From contig NW_026782328.1 in NCBI RefSeq assembly GCF_031769215.1, positions 1,488,001 to 1,552,000 on the forward strand: 64,000 bases of DNA, in the 5' to 3' direction. Every line of letters starts with the position of its first letter. Within the stretch, counting starts at the first letter, position 1. Positions 57,701-64,000 of this stretch are shown here, in pieces. The notes under the pieces are model-generated. The model saw only the letters and a list, made by a program, of their open reading frames with translations. It had not been told where the DNA came from and did no database searches. Both the position numbers and the translations under genes were made by a program. Origin of the DNA: Ylistrum balloti (taxonomy: Eukaryota).

Positions 57701-60700
57701 ACAGGGTGAGATTTCCGAGCTCTTCATACAGGTTATAGGGAATTTGTTGACACAAAATACATCTCTAGACATACTAGGTGATATCTCAGGGCATATCAGA
57801 TGGATGGGAGAAATTTTATGCTAGATCATACAGGGTGAGATTTTAGAGTATTACATCAGCAGGAGATACCAAGAAAAGCAGCTTACATCGTACGTTGTTT
57901 CTTGGAAGGTTGAGAGGAAATAACACAATATATGGGGTTACAGCATGAAGAGTAATCACTTGGTCTTCACACAAACCTAGACTGATAAAATATGACAGTA
58001 TTGTTGATGTAGGCAACAGGCCTTATCATCAAAGAAATAGTGTTATACTAGTAATACTTAATATTATTCATTTGTGACAGTGGGAAATATTGACTGTTTA
58101 GTTTTAACATTCATTTGTGACACTGGGAAATACTAACAGTTTAATTTTAATATTCATACCTGACATTGAGAAATATTGACTGTTTATTTTTAACATTCAT
58201 TTGTGATAGTGAGAAATACTTACTGTTTAATTTTAACATGTCTACCTGACATTGAGAAATATTGACCAATAAATTTTAACATTCATTCGTGACAGTGAGA
58301 ATTATTGACCATTTGATTTTAATCCAATAACAGACAGTAGTGAAGCACGTCAGCTAGACACCTCCTTAGTCGACACCCTCGAAAAAGCATTCCAACAAGT
58401 ACGCCACATGCCGTCGCCTGGTCTGTACAGTCAGATCTGTCACATTAAGTGTCTACAGCATATTGAGTCATCTCCCCTTAAGGCTGCGTTCTATCTTTGT
58501 GAAGCACTAGCTATTACATTTCGTCATCAAGCTCTAGTTAACTCCGGCAAGAAAATCAGGTCAGTCAATATTATCATATTTAATTATTAAATGGCTATAA
58601 TTTCTCTTTTGGGGCCACTTCAGCAAAGAAATGAGGATATGTTTGACAAAATTGAGTCTTATCACTGATAAGGTATTTCAATGGAGCAGCCCTCTGAGAA
58701 ACATGCCGAAAGCCTGGTTTTAATTGAGTGTTTTATTCAGGATTTTCAATCACGTAAAAGGTACATTATGTATCAGATATAAATGATGACCAAAATTAAT
58801 ATTTTAGTTAAAAATAAACATCAGACCACTAGAACAAGTCTAATACAATCTGGTAAGCTAAGTCAAATCCTTATAAAGATATTCAGGCATTGTAATTCTT
58901 TTTTCAGTTTGTATTTTGATTTATTCAGTTTATGTGTGTTCATGTTAGACAAGAAAAGTGAAGTAGTTTTAAGAAGAAAAAAAATTGATGATTGATATTT
59001 AGAAAGGTGAAGCGCCATCAGAATGTGGAGCAGATTGAAGTGACAGAGGAACCAACTGAAGCAGAGAGCCAAGTTTTCAATGATAAAGAAAACTTGAATT
59101 CTAATGCTAAGACTCCTAAACCAAAACAGAATGATCGAATACAAAGAAAGGATTCTAAACGGATGGTGGGACAAAATTATGAACAAACAACAGCCAAATG
59201 TAGCAGGGAGGAGGACACTGGGTTGGATAAGCTTAGGATTGAACAAGATTGTCTGCAATTTACAAAATCTGAACAGGATCTTCAAAAGATGATAGAGAGG
59301 CTTCCTGATGGTATGAGAATTATACTTCACTGTGTTTATTGCATTCCTGCGGTAGATTTGTGAAATGTATTTATGATCTAAATTTGATTTAGTTTCAAAA
59401 CGCTAAAATTTTGATTTTGTAGAAACGAATCTCATTCCATAGCCATTCCTTAGTAAAGTTCTTAATAGGTAGTTATGATGAAAAAAAATTTTGGTTTTTT
59501 GTACTCCTTTAAACATTGGTGCTACATTTATTTATGTAACTACAAATAATCTAGTGTTGATGAAATCTTTTGAAGTTTTGAAAATATACATACATCCTAC
59601 GAGATCTTTTAAGATGTTGTATTTTAGTAAACTTGATATGTTTCTTTTTAAGTCAGATTTGAATATTACTTACAGCAAGTGTATCATATCAAAATAATTG
59701 AATCAAAGGGTATCATGATGTGCATTGTATGGCGCTAAACTACATCATTATCTCCTTTGATTACAGGTATGGTTGTGTGTCATTTGTCTGTTGTGAGTCA
59801 TCCAACACATCACTCACAACTATTGGTCAGTCGGTTTGAGAAACACTCGGAGCCAGTCATCATCAGTCTGACAGGAATCTCCTGTCTTCTGGTAAGGAAT
59901 CATATTTGTATATAACATAATGCTCTCAATATCTACAATTCATTAGTGCCTGGTTTGTGTGTAGAAGAAAAATGTTTATAAAACCTTGGTGATTCCAAGG
60001 GCACTATATTGGCTACAGATAAAGAATAAAATCTGTGGAATATTGACAATTAAATTGTATTTAGCATTATTATATATTTCACAATTTTGAAAGAATGTTA
60101 TTGTATCATGTCAAATAAGAGATTTGCCAGTTGTGTAATGTGACTTATCAATCAGATTGTGATGTTATTAGTGTATTGTCTTTAGGGACAGCAGATTCTA
60201 CCTGAGTGTACAGCAGTGATGGAGGAGAGTCGACAGAGTCTCAAACTGACGAAGAAGGCTGAATGGTGGAAAGTGAGGAGAGGATTGGATGATCGCCTGC
60301 ATGTAAGTATGAAATGGGATTGAAATAATTTAGCAACTGATAGTTAAACAGCATAAGTATCAGTCAATCAACTAATATTTGGATCACTCAAACTTTGCAA
60401 TCCCTCAACATATTTTGTGGTGGGATTTCTTTGCATGTTGATAAAAAATACATTCAGGAAGAAAATGTTGAGCATGACTTTTGCATATTCCAAAAATTGA
60501 TAACAATATTAATAAAGGAAATATGTTAATGAATGCAGAAATTGAAACATACATGTGTTTGTTCTCTGATGAATGATAATTATACTTTCCAACTAGTAAG
60601 GATAGGGGGATGGCATTATATAATAATAGCATGCTTATGTCAGTTCTTAGAAACAACTTGTGTACTGTATCTCTCAAGAACCTCTGAACACTTTTATTTC

Positions 60701-63700
60701 ATGTTCACATAGTATTACTTCATATTTTTGGTGGTCATTGGTTAAGATTAAAGGGTCAAAGTTCATAAGGGTCATACTTAACTACTTTAGAAATAATAAG
60801 ATTGTGTAAAAGGTATCTCATGAACACTTTCACACCATAGTATTATAACATAAAGTCATGTACCAGATCTTTAATTCCTTCCAAAGAAATAGCCCCTAAA
60901 ATCTTCAGGTTAGAAAAAATAAAAAGATGAGTTCAATCAAGTGTATATCAGAAACAGTATTTTTGGTTAGGTCATGTAATTAATCATTTTGGACTATTTT
61001 GAAAATATAATGCCGGAAGTTAGATATGTTATGATGATGATTTATATTTAAAGTGTTATTGTAAATTGTAGAGTGTGCTGGACGGTATAGAGAACAACTG
61101 GCTGGGTCACTGGAAGGTCTTACTACTAGGCAGTATATGCGTGAATGAACAGGACAGAGAGAAATTAGCCACCCTAACAAAGTCTGTTCAGACTGAAATA
61201 CAGCAGCGCACTGGAGCAGTAGTGTCCAGTGCCAAGCTTAGGGTGTGTATAGATTTTTATACTTTTGTATTTGTATTCAATAGAAGCAAAAGGTCTTTTT
61301 TCTATAGATGAGTACATTAGCCTTGTCTTTTTCTTTGTAGGTTTTACTTCAGTCTGGAGACAACTTATCTGACCAACATCTGACCACTGCATTGTCTGAA
61401 CTGACCAGGTATCCTCTTGGGTCTGCAGTTATAGCTGACCTTGTTTTCTCAGTCAGAAGTCTGTGTAGGGATGCTGGAATACCTTGCGAGGACAATAAAC
61501 CACAGCATGTCATATTAGTACTTGACAAGGTAAAGTGTCTTATTTTGTGATTCATGTCATGTTTATGCTGCAAATAACTCGAGGGGAGGAGTGGGGGAGC
61601 AATCATCAGGCACATTTTTAAAAGGGCAATGAAAATGCATTTCTATTTGTTTTTATATGTTATTTTATTGAACAGCCATATACACTGTATCTCTTTATTT
61701 TTGAGGACTTATTCCCAGGCATGTGCTTATTGTTGAATAAGTATGATATACCAAAAGCATGGATTAGAATTGTTTATTTTAACATTTACCAGAAAATATG
61801 TACTTCAGGGGTGACAGAAATATTACAGTAATTTTCCTTGGCTCATGGCTTATTTTAGGACAGTTCAACAAAATTAGGTATGCTTGTTACTATGTGTGGA
61901 CTTTACATAAAATGTATATGTAGAGTAACTTCAGGTCATAACCTGTTCTGTAATGGACGTGTCCTTGGACACAAAAAAAAACCGGTCACTTTTGATAGTA
62001 TTTGATGGACTTCCTGCATGACTTTCAGTGTAGTCTCCACATTGATTTATCCAAGGCTGTTGATAAGGGTTAAAAGCCCAGTAAACCATACAAATTTGAT
62101 GATATTTACTTGAAATATTCTATTCACAATGATAGTTGTTTATAAAATTATTGAAACATGAGTTTGTAGAAGAGAGGTCTCTGAATATGTATTATTATTT
62201 TATATTGTCTTTTTTATTTCAGACTATTCAACATCTCCCCTGGGAAAGCATACCGATACTGAGGAAAAATTCAGTTTCTCGGGTTCCATCTTTCTATCAC
62301 ATGTGTGTTCAACTATCTCTCCTCCAGGCAGACAAGGGCTCCATATACAAGAGAGGAATCAACAGCAGGCAGACATTTTATTTTCTGGATCCGGACGGCA
62401 ATCTGTCCTCTACAAGAGAGACATTTCAGGCTTGGTTTCAAAAGTAAGTCACTCCCGTGCTGGTAAATTCATTCCTTAATTTAAAATATAGCTTCTTTTA
62501 TTGGTTTTGATAAGTCTTATGGGTATTAAACTACTGTATTCTCACAATTCTGAAGATATGAAACATAATGTTTTCCAAATGCAAATGTGTATGACTGTAG
62601 AAAAGAAACTTCATGGCTGATGCAACTTCACAAGCAAACCTTCAATTTCTATGCTTAATTTGGGAGAGAAAAACTACACCCGAACAGATTTTATCATTGC
62701 CAATTATTGCACTTAAAACTGATTTAATACAATGTGATATTATAGATTCATACTTAGAATTAGAAAGACTTGAAAGTAAGTTTTCAACACAATCACCTTT
62801 ATAATCCCCCACAAAACGCGTTTACGTGGGATATTGATTTGGGCTGTCTGTGCATGCATGTGTCTGTACATCCATCCAAGAGCTTTTCTGGGATATAATT
62901 TCAAAACCATTCATCTCAACTTAACAAACTTGATATACCGGTATATATTAAGTTAGTGCCCTAGTTGTAACTTTTGCTACAAACAGCATTTTATGTTTAA
63001 TATTTTTTCTGTTACCATGGTAACATAGTAAAAAATAAACCAAAATTAGTATTAACTTTCCTTTCCGTGACCAAATGCCAAATGACAAACTTGTAATATT
63101 AACATATATATATGATTGTGTGTCTTTCTTTTAAACAGTGGAGCGGAGGGGATAATGTCAAGCAAATTCATCTTGTTTTAGCTTTATTTGCTCTGAATTG
63201 TAGTCCTGGGAATAATAATCAAATTTTTATCATCGGTCCTGAAGATTCATCTGTGGAATAGTCAGAAATATTCATGTCTTATTTCATTGTCTTATAAAAA
63301 AGTGCAGCATAAAAAAAATATCACCGTATGTTTGGAAAGGAATCCAATGACTATCCTGTTGTGTTAAAAAAGATGATAAAGATGAGATTGAAATGCAAAA
63401 AATAATATGAATCATTCATTTTCACAACTCAGAGTCATTACAAATGTACTTGGATAAAATCAGAAATAAAATGAATATGTATATGGAATATTCAGTGATG
63501 TTTCCATTCTGGTCACTACAAAGATTTTTCGGAGCTTATTATTAGGGCCAAGTTATTAAAATATTAACTTTGTTTAGTGTACAACTTGGTCAAGAAAATT
63601 TCGTCTAGTATGTCTTTAAATCACAGATCAATTATAGCTCATTAACAATTAACCGTAGACATCTCTTAATGAAGATTTTGCAGGGGGACAGGAACAGTGA

Positions 63701-63860
63701 AAGGAAACATGGCCACTGCGTTAGAAACATAAGTTGATAGCTGATGGCATAAAGTGATTACCAACTTATTTTGCAGAGAGCCTGGATGGAAGGGGCTTGT
63801 TGGAGAGAAACCCTCAGCTGAACAGTTCAAAGATGCTTTGACCCGGAATGATTTAGTGCT
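45710..63860 (+). CDS. ESPL1: Separase (separin, peptidase C50), 3'-partial; the catalytic His/Cys exons lie beyond the window
   Basis: join(45710..45778,46831..47085,47384..47649,48048..48682,49022..49147,49629..49771,50178..50365,50821..50916,51109..51240,51357..51486,51971..52270,52935..53183,53403..53661,54032..54188,55064..57141,57448..57705,58334..58559,59003..59310,59767..59891,60186..60302,61072..61242,61341..61529,62223..62443,63777..63860). All phases are consistent. C50-domain motifs: EWWKVRRGLDDRL, IENNWLGHWKVLL, HVILVLDKTIQHLPWESIPIL...VSRVPSF, FYFLDPDGNL..TRETF, WKGLVGEKPS. Exon 1 and the first two donors (GTTAT) are less certain. Confidence 0.93.
54424..54565. mobile_element. 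~140-bp foldback / MITE-like inverted repeat in an ESPL1 intron
   Basis: The outer arms are GGTGAGATAGGAGGATCTCAAC / GTTGAGATCCCCCTATCTCCACC. The inner arms are GTTAAGTTGTCAAC / GTTGACAGCTTAAT. Confidence 0.7.
58065..58320. repeat. ~43-bp degenerate intronic tandem repeat, about 6 copies
   Basis: TTCATTTGTGACAGTGGGAAATATTGACTGTTTAGTTTTAACA-like units start at 58068 and 58111 and continue. Confidence 0.8.
62798..63180 (+). mobile_element. Degenerate non-autonomous element (HINE/MITE-like) in an ESPL1 intron
   Basis: The 5' end is TTATAATCCCCCAC...GTGGGATAT, followed by a CTGTCTGT-like microsatellite. The 3' GGGGATAAT is near-complementary to the 5' end. Confidence 0.45.
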
Positions 63861-64000
63861 GTAAGTTTCTAACAAAGCTGCTACAAGCTTCTTCAGTTTA
63901 TGTGGGCAGAAATTAGACCAAGATATTTATTGCCATCACAAAAAAATATTCTCATTATTTTTCCAGTTTAAAATATACCCCCATATATGTAAGATATAAA

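Overview
Eukaryotic, AT-rich, intron-containing animal DNA. The repeat landscape and protein style suggest a mollusc, probably a bivalve (inference). Five spliced protein-coding genes were rebuilt by hand from GT-AG sites with consistent exon phases: (1) a CHST8-14-type Golgi carbohydrate sulfotransferase (+, 4 coding exons) with an intact tRNA-Trp(CCA) in intron 2; (2) SDHAF3 (-); (3) an uncharacterised 823-aa protein with 3 CCCH fingers, 4 CxxC pairs and a CHY zinc finger (-, 10 coding exons); (4) CFAP410/C21orf2 (-, 6 coding exons); (5) separase ESPL1 (+, 24 exons visible, running off the right edge before the catalytic His/Cys). CFAP410 and ESPL1 are head-to-head, with 380 bp between their ATGs. 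The rest is decayed LINEs, HINE/Helentron-like elements, MITEs and many minisatellites (30, 33, 37, 54 and 68 bp units). The most unusual observations are: two circularly permuted copies of a ~660-bp element, one splitting a LINE between AGTT direct repeats; a minisatellite derived from a LINE endonuclease GD(W/F)N motif; a CDE/CHR-like element in the CFAP410-ESPL1 intergenic promoter; and the CCCH-CHY protein. There is no prokaryotic content and no CRISPR array. All coordinates were read by eye and no database searches were run.
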